Source: an uncultured Actinomycetes bacterium
Lineage (GTDB): Bacteria; Actinomycetota; UBA4738; HRBIN12
NCBI GenBank assembly: GCA_963850315.1
Contig: CAWKKN010000001.1
Location: 219,931 to 283,930 of the forward strand
DNA length: 64,000 nucleotides
Direction: 5' to 3'
Both the position numbers and the translations under genes were made by a program. How positions within the stretch are numbered: position 1 is the stretch's first letter; each line of letters begins with the position of its first letter. Shown one piece after another: positions 9,952 through 17,810 of the stretch. The notes beneath the pieces were generated by a model. The model ran no database searches and was not told the origin of the DNA. It was given only the letters and a program-made list of their open reading frames with translations.

Positions 9952-10871
9952 TCGCGGCGTTGATCGTGGTGGCGGTGATCGTGATCTTGTTGGCGACGCT
10001 GTTCGTGAGCGCCGTCAAGATCGTTCGGGAATACCAACGGTTGGTCGTGTTCCGGCTGGGGCGCGTGATCGGCACGAAGGGTCCGGGTCTGGTCCTGCTG
10101 ATCCCGTTCGTCGACAAGGCGACCTCGGTCGACCTGCGGGAGTTCTACCTGGAGATCCCGCATCAGACCGCCATCACGGAGGACAACGCCTCGATCTCGA
10201 TCGACTTCATCGTGTTCAACAAGGTGTTGGACGCGCGGGTGTCGGTGGTGTCGGTGGGCAACTTCGCCGGGGCGGCGCAGAACATCGCGTCGACGACGCT
10301 TCGCTCCGTGGTGGGCGACATGTCCCTCGACGACGTCCTGGCGAAGCGCGAGCAGATGAACGAGGTCCTGCGAGCGAAGCTCGACGAGGTGACCGAGCGC
10401 TGGGGCGTGAAGGTGACGAATGTCGAGATCCGAGAGATCATCCCGCCGCCCGCGGTCCAGGACGCGATGACGCGGCAGATGTCCGCCGAACGCACCCGCC
10501 GCGCCGTCGTCACCGAGGCCGAGGGTTCCAAGCAGGCGGCGATCACGGTGAGCGAGGGCAACAAGCAGGCGGCGATCCTGAACGCCGAGGGTGAGAAGCA
10601 GGCGGCGATCCTTCGCGCCGAAGGGGCGCGTCAGTCGGCCATCTTGAACGCAGAAGGCTTCTCGATGGCGCTCGCGAAGATCAACGAGGCGGCCGCTCAG
10701 GTGGGCGACAACACGATGAAGCTCCAGTACCTGGATGCACTGAAGGCGCTCGGCGTCTCGCCGTCGTCCAAGGTGGTCGTCCCCATGGAGATCAGCGGCC
10801 TCGCCGCAGCCTTCAGCGCCCTCGCCGCTACCACCTCGAACGGCAGCCAGCCCGAGCAGCAGCCCACCTAG
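9948..10871 (+). CDS. SPFH/band-7 (stomatin-like) protein
   Basis: ATG 9948 overlaps the NfeD stop (ATGA). VREYQRLVVFRLGRV and WGVKVTNVEIREI are family motifs. The C-terminus has the repetitive EG.KQAAIL coiled region. Confidence 0.9.
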   Translation: MIAALIVVAVIVILLATLFVSAVKIVREYQRLVVFRLGRVIGTKGPGLVLLIPFVDKATSVDLREFYLEIPHQTAITEDNASISIDFIVFNKVLDARVSVVSVGNFAGAAQNIASTTLRSVVGDMSLDDVLAKREQMNEVLRAKLDEVTERWGVKVTNVEIREIIPPPAVQDAMTRQMSAERTRRAVVTEAEGSKQAAITVSEGNKQAAILNAEGEKQAAILRAEGARQSAILNAEGFSMALAKINEAAAQVGDNTMKLQYLDALKALGVSPSSKVVVPMEISGLAAAFSALAATTSNGSQPEQQPT

Positions 10872-10966
10872 GCTAAACGGGGACGGCCATGCCCGCCTGC
10901 TGCCTCCTGTCTAGCAGCCGGCGGGGCGGGCCTCGCTAAACGGGGACGGCCATGCCCGCCTGCTGC
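10872..10966. repeat. 32-bp perfect direct repeat (10872-10903 and 10935-10966), 63-bp period; the second copy is the last 10 codons plus stop of pilT
   Basis: GCTAAACGGGGACGGCCATGCCCGCCTGCTGC read twice by eye. The copies diverge immediately on both sides. Confidence 0.9.
10891..10931. terminator. Candidate bidirectional stem-loop between the convergent SPFH gene and pilT
   Basis: GCCCGCC/GGCGGGC (7 bp) plus GCTGC/GCAGC (5 bp) with an internal bulge and a 10-nt loop. No U-tract. The left arm lies inside repeat copy 1. Confidence 0.3.
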
Positions 10967-12039
10967 ATGGCCAGCTCGAAGTCGTGGCGGGAGCTGACGG
11001 CCTTGAGGGCGTTCTCCACGTCGACGCGGCCTCGCTTCACGAGCTCGAGGAGCGACTGGTCGAACGTCACCATCCCATAGAACGCGCCGTCGGCGATCAC
11101 GTCTTTGATCTCGTGGGTCTTGTCCGCGTCGGCGATGCGCTCGGCGACGCGCCCCGTGTTGACGAGGATCTCCAATCCTGGTGTGCGGCCGCCATCGATC
11201 GTGGGGACGAGGCGCTGGCAGATGATGCCGCGCAGCGTGCCGGCGAGGGCCAGGCGCACCTGCTTCTGCTGGTACGGCGGGAAGAAGTCGATCACGCGGT
11301 TGACGGTCTCGGTGGCGTCCAGGGTGTGCAACGTCGACAGGACGAGGTGCCCGGTCTCCGCTGCTGCGATCGCGGCCCGCACGGTCTCGGTGTCGCGCAT
11401 CTCGCCGATCAGGATCACGTCGGGGTCCTGACGCAGGGCGGCGCGCAGGGCCACGAGGAAGTCGGCGGTGTCGCTTCCGACCTCACGCTGGTTGATCGAG
11501 GCCATCTCGTCGCGGTGCAGCACCTCGATGGGATCCTCGATCGTCACGATGTGGACCGGCTTGGTCTTGTTGATGTGGTCGATGACAGCTGCAAGGGTGG
11601 TGGTCTTCCCCGATCCCGTCGGCCCGGTGACGAGGATCAGACCTCGGTTCTCGTCGGCGATCGTCCGCACGGAGTCGGGCAGCCCGATCTCTTCGAACGA
11701 AGGTCCGCCGAAGCGGAGCTTCCGCAGGACCATGCTGATGGAGCCTCGCTGGCGGAATACGTTGACCCGGAACCGCCCAACGTTCGGCACGGAATAAGCG
11801 AAGTCGACTTCCCCATTCACGGCGAGGCGCTCCGCGCGGTCGGCGGGGACGATCGCCTCGGCGATGGCGTCGATCTCGTCGTTCGAGAGTGGTTCGCGGG
11901 CAAGACGCTCCAGCCCGTTCGGCATCCGCACCATGGGCGAGGATCCGACCTTCACGTGCAGGTCCGAGCCCTCTCCCACCAACAGTTGCGCCAGCCACTG
12001 ATTGAACTCCTCGACGATCGGCGCTGCCGTGCCCTCCAT
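10936..12039 (-). CDS. pilT: PilT-family type IV pilus retraction ATPase homologue
   Basis: GPTGSGKTT (Walker A), DVILIGEMRD (Walker B), AAETGHLVLSTLHT (His box), VNVFRQRG. RBS GAGGAG before ATG 12039. Confidence 0.9.
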   Translation of the reverse strand: MEGTAAPIVEEFNQWLAQLLVGEGSDLHVKVGSSPMVRMPNGLERLAREPLSNDEIDAIAEAIVPADRAERLAVNGEVDFAYSVPNVGRFRVNVFRQRGSISMVLRKLRFGGPSFEEIGLPDSVRTIADENRGLILVTGPTGSGKTTTLAAVIDHINKTKPVHIVTIEDPIEVLHRDEMASINQREVGSDTADFLVALRAALRQDPDVILIGEMRDTETVRAAIAAAETGHLVLSTLHTLDATETVNRVIDFFPPYQQKQVRLALAGTLRGIICQRLVPTIDGGRTPGLEILVNTGRVAERIADADKTHEIKDVIADGAFYGMVTFDQSLLELVKRGRVDVENALKAVSSRHDFELAMQQAGMAVPV

Positions 12040-12169
12040 AGCCCCAACTCCTCATCACCGCGTGCTTCGCCAGACGGCGGGTTGCCGCTTCGGGTATCTC
12101 GCTATCCATCGGCGGGCGTGCCCGGGAACTTCAGCCTTTGCGCCCGGATCGCCCCGACCGATCCTCCGC

Positions 12170-12847
12170 TCAGGGCCGCCGGGCCACCAAGTGGCACGTC
12201 GTGCTGCGGTCGGCACGCTCCTGGAACTCGACCATGACGAGCTGCGGCCTCGACGCGGCGAGCATCCCCTCCAGCAACCCTCGGTGGACCGCGCACACAA
12301 GGGGTCGGTGCTCGTCCAGCAGATCCCGGAACGGGCATTCGCGCAGGGTGATCTCGACGGCCTTGGCCCCGTGGCGGCGGAAGCGGGGGTCGAAACCGGC
12401 ATCGGAGAGCGCTTCTTGCAGCACGGCGAGGTTGGGGCCCGCCGGGCGTCGGGCGCCCGGTTTCGGGACGCTGCGCCCTACCAGATAGGCCCCCCAATCG
12501 CGGGCGCGCTCCTCAGCTCGGTCCCGCTGACGCTGCGCCGTCGTGAGTCCGGCGAGGATGTCTGCGAGCAGGCGGAAGTCGCGCCCCTCGCGTGCTTCAC
12601 GGTCGGTGGCGGAGTACAGGACTTGAGGCCGGCCGACGGCCGAGGCCTTGCGCGCCTCGCTCGCCACGAGGCCGGCGTCCTCCAGCCGGCGCAGATGCGG
12701 ACGAAGGGTATTGGGGTGCAATGACAGCCGCGTCGAGAGCTCGCGCACGGACACCGGGCGCCCCGAAAGACGGAGGAACCGGTAGAGCCGGTACCGGGTA
12801 TCGTCGGCGAGGGCCTTGTGCACCTCGATCGGCGCGGGCTCGGTCAT
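12170..12847 (-). CDS. ArsR-like winged-helix transcriptional regulator with a Cys/His-containing C-terminal domain
   Basis: HTH region: DDTRYRLYRFLRLSGRPVSVRELSTRLSLHPNTLRPHLRRLEDAGLV...GRPQVLY. C-terminal ECPFRDLLDEHRPLVCAVHRG and TTCH. Confidence 0.8.
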   Translation of the reverse strand: MTEPAPIEVHKALADDTRYRLYRFLRLSGRPVSVRELSTRLSLHPNTLRPHLRRLEDAGLVASEARKASAVGRPQVLYSATDREAREGRDFRLLADILAGLTTAQRQRDRAEERARDWGAYLVGRSVPKPGARRPAGPNLAVLQEALSDAGFDPRFRRHGAKAVEITLRECPFRDLLDEHRPLVCAVHRGLLEGMLAASRPQLVMVEFQERADRSTTCHLVARRP

Positions 12848-12875
12848 GGGTCCTTTCGGTCGTAGACTTGCATTT

Positions 12876-12893
12876 GCACGGTCGACACCGTGC
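12876..12893. promoter_or_regulatory. Inverted repeat GCACGGT-cgac-ACCGTGC, candidate operator in the divergent regulator/apbC intergenic region
   Basis: 7-bp arms, 4-nt spacer, about 30 bp upstream of the regulator ATG. Preceded by the tandem TTGCAtTTGCA. Confidence 0.3.
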
Positions 12894-13004
12894 GAACCAA
12901 GCTTAGGGGAAACACCTCAAGAACCGCCGCGAGGACCAAATGAGGAAGGGGTGAGGGGGCTCAAGCAGCGAGGTCGAGGACCGAGCGTAGCCCCCGAAGG
13001 AGAG

Positions 13005-14150
13005 ATGGCAACCAGCGAGCAGGTCCGCGAGGCGCTGCGGAGCGTGATGGACCCGGAGATCGGACGTCCGATCGAAGACATCGGCATGCTCCAAGACATC
13101 AGCGTGCACGAAGGCACGGTGCAGGTGGACGTCCTCATCACGATCGAGGGCTGCCCGCTGAAGGATCGCATCACCGCAGACGTGACGGCCGCGGTGCAGC
13201 CGCTCACCGGTGTCGAACGGGTGGACGTGCGTCTGTCGCCGATGTCCCAGGAGCAGCGCCAGGCGCTGGTGCAGGAGCTCCGAGGGCCCCGCGCCTCGGC
13301 GGCCACGCCGGGCCAGCCTCAACCCATCCGGTTCCCCTCCAAGACGGCGGTGATCGCCGTCGCATCGGGCAAGGGCGGCGTGGGCAAGTCCAGCGTCACC
13401 GTGAACCTCGCCGCGGCGCTCGCCGCCGAGGGCCACGCGGTCGGCGTGCTCGACGCCGACGTCTGGGGGTTCAGCGTGCCGCGCATGATGGGCGTCTCCG
13501 GACAGCCCGTCGGCTTCAACGACATGATCCTGCCGCTGGAGGCGCACGGGGTGAAGGTCATCTCGATGGGGTTCTTCGTGCCCGAGGAGACACCGGTGAT
13601 CTGGCGCGGTCCCATGCTCCACAAGGCCATCGAGCAGTTCCTGGGCGACGTCTACTGGGGAGATCTCGACTTCCTGCTGTGCGACCTACCGCCCGGAACC
13701 GGCGACGTGAGCATCTCGCTGGCGTCGTTCTTGCCGGGCGCGTCGATGCTGGTGGTCACGACCCCTCAGGAGGCGGCGCGCAAGGTGGCCGAGCGCGCCG
13801 GCAAGATGGCCGAGCGAACGAACCTGCGACCGCTGGGCGTCATCGAGAACATGTCGTGGTTCGTATGTCCGCACTGCGGAGAGCGCGAAACGATCTTCGG
13901 CGAGGGCGGAGGCCAGGAGGCGGCCGACACCCTGGGCGTGCCCCTGTTGGGGCAGATCCCGCTGCTGCCGGCCCTGCGCGAGGGCGGCGACACGGGTGTG
14001 CCGATCATCCTCAGCCAGCCGGAGGCGGCCGCCAGCATCGCCCTGCGGGAGGCCGCCCATCAGGTAGCGCGTGTGACGAAGACGAATATCGGCAAGCCAC
14101 TCAACCTCATGACGAACGCCGGCGCCGCCGCGCCGGCGCATCAGCACTAG
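13005..14150 (+). CDS. apbC: Mrp/ApbC/NBP35-type Fe-S cluster carrier ATPase with N-terminal DUF59-like domain
   Basis: ATG 13005 follows GAAGGAGAG. VMDPEIGRPIEDIGML (DUF59-like), AVASGKGGVGKSS (deviant Walker A), VCPHCGE (CxxC). Confidence 0.9.
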   Translation: MATSEQVREALRSVMDPEIGRPIEDIGMLQDISVHEGTVQVDVLITIEGCPLKDRITADVTAAVQPLTGVERVDVRLSPMSQEQRQALVQELRGPRASAATPGQPQPIRFPSKTAVIAVASGKGGVGKSSVTVNLAAALAAEGHAVGVLDADVWGFSVPRMMGVSGQPVGFNDMILPLEAHGVKVISMGFFVPEETPVIWRGPMLHKAIEQFLGDVYWGDLDFLLCDLPPGTGDVSISLASFLPGASMLVVTTPQEAARKVAERAGKMAERTNLRPLGVIENMSWFVCPHCGERETIFGEGGGQEAADTLGVPLLGQIPLLPALREGGDTGVPIILSQPEAAASIALREAAHQVARVTKTNIGKPLNLMTNAGAAAPAHQH

Positions 14151-15724
14151 TCCTCGGAACGCCCCTCCGCGGGCACGGCGGTGTCATCGCCGTGCCCGTC
14201 GGCTTCGTCGCCCTGCTCCTCGTCTGCGGCGAGGGGCTTGGGGTGGAAGGCCCACCAGACGAGCATGCCCGCTGAGACGATGACCACCGCGATCGCGGTC
14301 CATTGCGAGCCGGTGAACGGCCCGAACCGCTTGTCGATGCGCAGCGAGTCCTCGAGGATCCGCTCGAGCCCGTACCACAGGCCGAACGTCAGCGTGAGGA
14401 TGCCCTCACGCCGGCGTTTCTTCTGCAGCGTCCACAGCAAAGCGAACAACGCCCACGCGAGGATCATGTCGTACATCGCCGTCTGGTGGACGCCCACGCC
14501 CTGGGCGATCACCTGACCCTGCGCGTTCAGCAGTTTCGCGCCCGTTCGCGAGAACACCTCGAGCTGACGACCGTTGTCGAGGGTGGCCTGGCACACACCG
14601 TTCGTGCAGACCCACGGCGGCGCCAGGTTCCCGCCGTGGTAGGTCCAAGCGAGCCACCACGACGTGGGCTTGCCGAGGTGGTCGCCGATGATGAGATCGC
14701 CGATCCGCCCGATGGCGATCCCGAATGCGAGCGCCGGGGCGACGCAGTCGGCCACCTGGAAGAAGCGGTACCCCCGCCTGCGAACGCGGGGCACGTTCAC
14801 GATCACCGCCCCGGCGATCCCGCCCAACAGGGAGATGCCGCCGTTGTAGATCTCCAGCATCGACTTGAACGAGGTGAACTCGGAATAGTGCGCGAGGACG
14901 TAGAAGAACCGGGCCCCGATGATGGCCCCGATCAACGACCAGAACCCGATCGCGTTGACCTCCTCAGCTGGGATGCCCCGCTCCGGACCTATCTTGCCGA
15001 GCAGCCAGACGCCCATCATGAACCCGATCGCGATGAAGATGCCGTGCGGAGAGATCGCGAAACGGCTCCCCAGGCGGAAGCGGTCGAGGACGGGCCAGCC
15101 CACGGAGGCGGTGAAGCGCATCGGCGTCGAGTCTACCGGTGCCCCCGGGGGCCACACGCGCGCGACCGCCCGGCCCATCAACAGGCCGCTCACGACGTCG
15201 GACGGGTAGTGCACCCCGAGGTAGACGCGCGAGGTCGCGACCGCGAGGTCGAGGCAAGACAGCGCCGCCCGCGAGGCCGTCCCCAGGTCGAGCTCGCGTG
15301 CCGCCACCCGGGTGAACGTCGTGAGGACGGCGGGGTGGCTCGACGGCCAGGAGGTCCCCGAGGCGCCGCGATCATGCTGCGCGCATCCTGGGAATCGGCA
15401 TGGTAGGGCGGCGGACGCGAGACGAGTCTTCTTGACGGCCTGGCCGAGCACCCACGAAGCGGCCGCGGCTGCGGCCGCATCCAGGGCGGCTCGGCGCTCC
15501 CCGAGCACCATCAGCGACCCTGCCGCGGCACCGCAGGCGTAGAGCGAGCCCAGCTCAGTGATGCCGCGGAAGAACCGATCGGCACCCGGGCCGTGTTCTG
15601 CGTTCACGGCGCGGAAGAGGCGCTCGTCGACTTCGAGTCCCTCGGGGGTCCGAAGCGCCGCGTGGCCCACGGCGGCGGCGCACGCCGCGAGCGCTGCGGC
15701 CCGGAGGAGGCCTCCCGCCCTCAT
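14147..15724 (-). CDS. lgt: Fusion: PAP2 (type 2 phosphatidic acid phosphatase-like) N-domain + prolipoprotein diacylglyceryl transferase (Lgt) with acidic C-tail
   Basis: PAP2 domain: SWPSSHPA (PSGH-like) and SRVYLGVHYPSDV (SR-x5-H-x3-D). Lgt domain from MRFTASVGWPV: YNGGISLLGGIAGAV and GRIGDLIIGDHLGKPT. No stop between the domains. Confidence 0.8.
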   Translation of the reverse strand: MRAGGLLRAAALAACAAAVGHAALRTPEGLEVDERLFRAVNAEHGPGADRFFRGITELGSLYACGAAAGSLMVLGERRAALDAAAAAAASWVLGQAVKKTRLASAALPCRFPGCAQHDRGASGTSWPSSHPAVLTTFTRVAARELDLGTASRAALSCLDLAVATSRVYLGVHYPSDVVSGLLMGRAVARVWPPGAPVDSTPMRFTASVGWPVLDRFRLGSRFAISPHGIFIAIGFMMGVWLLGKIGPERGIPAEEVNAIGFWSLIGAIIGARFFYVLAHYSEFTSFKSMLEIYNGGISLLGGIAGAVIVNVPRVRRRGYRFFQVADCVAPALAFGIAIGRIGDLIIGDHLGKPTSWWLAWTYHGGNLAPPWVCTNGVCQATLDNGRQLEVFSRTGAKLLNAQGQVIAQGVGVHQTAMYDMILAWALFALLWTLQKKRRREGILTLTFGLWYGLERILEDSLRIDKRFGPFTGSQWTAIAVVIVSAGMLVWWAFHPKPLAADEEQGDEADGHGDDTAVPAEGRSED

Positions 15725-15787
15725 GTCGTCGCGGTCACGGGACCCATCGCGGGGCGGACGAGGGTAGCCCCGCGATGATCGCCCAAC

Positions 15788-16231
15788 TTAGGAGGCCGCC
15801 TCGATCTGACGCTTCTGCGCCAAGACGCCGTGACGCAGGGCGAGATGCGCGCCGCCCAGCATGTTGAGGCTCGCGGCTCCGAAGCCGCCGAGCGGGCCCT
15901 TGAACCGGTAGTCGACCTCGTGGCGAAGGACGCAGCGATCGTGCGGGAGCGCGCCGATCGAGGTCGTGACAACCCCTTCGATCAGCCCATCGAGCCTGAT
16001 CGAGGAGCGCCACGGAGCCTCCCACTCGAGGACGGCGGCGCGCACCGTCGTCTGCACGGCCATGAACCCCATGTCGACCTCGTACCGGACCCCTTCGGCG
16101 AGGCCGCCCTCGGGCACGCGCACGCGGATGATGTGCCGGTCCCACTGCGGAAGGTTGGACGGATCGCTGGCCACCTCCCAGACGCGTTCGGGGGAGGCGT
16201 CGACCTCGACGGAGAACTCGACGGACGTCAT
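15788..16231 (-). CDS. SRPBCC-superfamily (polyketide cyclase/dehydrase-like) ligand-binding protein
   Basis: ATG 16231 overlaps the upstream stop (ATGA). VEVDASPERVWEVASDPSNLPQWD is a typical SRPBCC N-terminus. 147 aa. Confidence 0.75.
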   Translation of the reverse strand: MTSVEFSVEVDASPERVWEVASDPSNLPQWDRHIIRVRVPEGGLAEGVRYEVDMGFMAVQTTVRAAVLEWEAPWRSSIRLDGLIEGVVTTSIGALPHDRCVLRHEVDYRFKGPLGGFGAASLNMLGGAHLALRHGVLAQKRQIEAAS

Positions 16232-17176
16232 GCCGCTGCGGCGCTCCCACTCGACCAGCCGTTCCACCAGACCAGTCGCTCCGGCACGATCCTGACGAGC
16301 GCGTCGGCGGAGGGATGCAGCCCTTCGGCGATCGCGCGCGCGGACTCGGCGCCCGACCCCAGCTCGTCCGCAAGGTAGCAGGCGCCCGTGCCCTGGATCA
16401 TCGCGCCCACCATGTCCCGCGCGCGCCACGCCGACGCGCGGTCGACGGTGAGCGCCATCGGGGCGTCGGGGCCGGCGCCGGCGAGCGCCAGCGATTCGGC
16501 GGGCAGGGCCGCGTACAACGCTCCCGGCTCGGCCACCCATCGCACGGGAAGGACGACCGGGCCGCGCGCGCCCACCACGGCGAGTGCACCCTCGCCCGAT
16601 CGGCCCAGCCGGGTCGCCACGTCGGGGGGGAGCGCCGCGAGGGGATCCGTGCCGCCCGATGCCCGGCGGAACGTAGGGTGGAGACAGCGCGGCGCCGCCC
16701 CAGCGGCCTCGTCCCTCCTGCACCCCATCGGCGTCGAGCAGCGCCGTTCGCTCCAGATCCACGCCCACGAAGACCCGTCCCGGAGGCATCCATGCCAGCG
16801 GCACCTGACGTGCGTCGAAGGCATATCCGGCGAAGAAGCGAGCGTTCTTCCGACTGAACCCCGTCGTGGCGCGCGCGATCGACGTGGCACCTGCGACCGC
16901 CGCCCCCCAGGTCTTGCGATCCAGCGCGTCGTAGCTCTTCACCGTGCCGGTGAACGTCACCGCGAGGTCTCCATGCCGCACGAGCCCCGCCGCGCCGGGA
17001 TCCACCTTCCACGCACGAGACTTCACCGAGCCGCGCGAGGTGGTGATCCAGATCCGCCCGCCCGAGTAGGCGAACACGAGGGGCGTGCAGTGGGGCCCGC
17101 GGGGCGTGGTGGTGGCGACCGCACAGAACGGACCCTGCTCCAGGACCCCCTGCACCGCCGTCGACAAGAAGCTCAT
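16228..17176 (-). CDS. Two-domain split-barrel (PPOX-like) protein; frame broken somewhere in 16620-16740
   Basis: Domain 1 (frame of ATG 17176): FCAVATTTPRGPHCTPLVFAYSGGRIWITTSRGS. Domain 2 (frame ending TGA 16228): GALAVVGARGPVVLPVRWVAEPGALYAAL...RIVPERLVWWNGW. The first frame has no stop and decays into Arg/Gly text. Confidence 0.6.
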
Positions 17177-17805
17177 CTCGCCTTCCCCCTGGGTCGCCGG
17201 CCGGCTCCCGGAGGAAGCGCGAGCATGGCACCCGTCCAAAGGATATGGCTCGCAAGGCTCGCCAGCACACCCCCCGACCACCAGGCGAGGCCGGTCCACA
17301 GCGCCCCGCCGACGACGGCGCCCGCCACGATCGGTAGGCTCCGACTGGTCAGGTTCGCCACGACGTAGACGAGCCACGCGAGTCCGGCCGCCGCGGCGAG
17401 GCTTACGGAAGCGGAGAAGCGCCCCTGGACCAGCCCGCGCCAGAAGACCTCCTCCGCCGGCACCATGACCAGCAGGGACAGAGCGAGGGAGACGCGCAGG
17501 GAGACCGTCGCCGCCTCGGCGTACTTCTTCACGACGTCGGCGCGAAAGCGCGGCCACCACGCCGCCACCCATACGAACAGCCGGGTCGCCGCGTAGAGCG
17601 CCAAGCCGCTCCCGAGGCCCACCGCCAACGCCGTTCCCACGGACACTCCGTGGACCAGGACCGGTCGTCGCGCCACCGCAGCGGCGCCCCCGAGAGCCCC
17701 CAGGACCCAGGGCATCAGCCGCCACACGTCGCGCCGTCCCGTGCTCACGAGCCACCAGCCGGCCATCTCGGCGAGCGTGCCGGCGACGATGACGAGGACC
17801 TGCAC
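17173..17805 (-). CDS. CPBP-family (CAAX protease/Abi) intramembrane glutamic endopeptidase
   Basis: GTG 17805 follows GAGGTAGGGG, 5 nt after the upstream stop. PAEEVFWRGLV (EExxxR) and SHILWTG (His motif). Multi-TM. Confidence 0.8.
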   Translation of the reverse strand: MQVLVIVAGTLAEMAGWWLVSTGRRDVWRLMPWVLGALGGAAAVARRPVLVHGVSVGTALAVGLGSGLALYAATRLFVWVAAWWPRFRADVVKKYAEAATVSLRVSLALSLLVMVPAEEVFWRGLVQGRFSASVSLAAAAGLAWLVYVVANLTSRSLPIVAGAVVGGALWTGLAWWSGGVLASLASHILWTGAMLALPPGAGRRPRGKAR

Positions 17806-17810
17806 GGCCC

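Noticed and set aside
10872-10966. CRISPR-like repeat-spacer-repeat (32-31-32 nt)
   Set aside because: There are only two copies. One copy is the coding 3' end of pilT. The window has no further repeats, leader or cas genes.
13005-14150. Mrp/ApbC as the missing HypB-type nickel GTPase for the hydrogenase
   Set aside because: It has the deviant Walker A, the DUF59 domain and the CxxC of Fe-S carrier ATPases. It lacks the His/Cys-rich N-terminus and GTPase motifs of HypB, and it lies 5 kb away on an unrelated transcript.
15788-17755. A single 655-aa ORF that would fuse part of the CPBP region, the split-barrel protein and the SRPBCC protein
   Set aside because: Only two segments of this frame look like protein. 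The stretch from about 16700 to 16235 and the N-terminal 193 codons are Arg/Gly/Pro junk. ATGA overlaps and RBS-like sites define separate genes.
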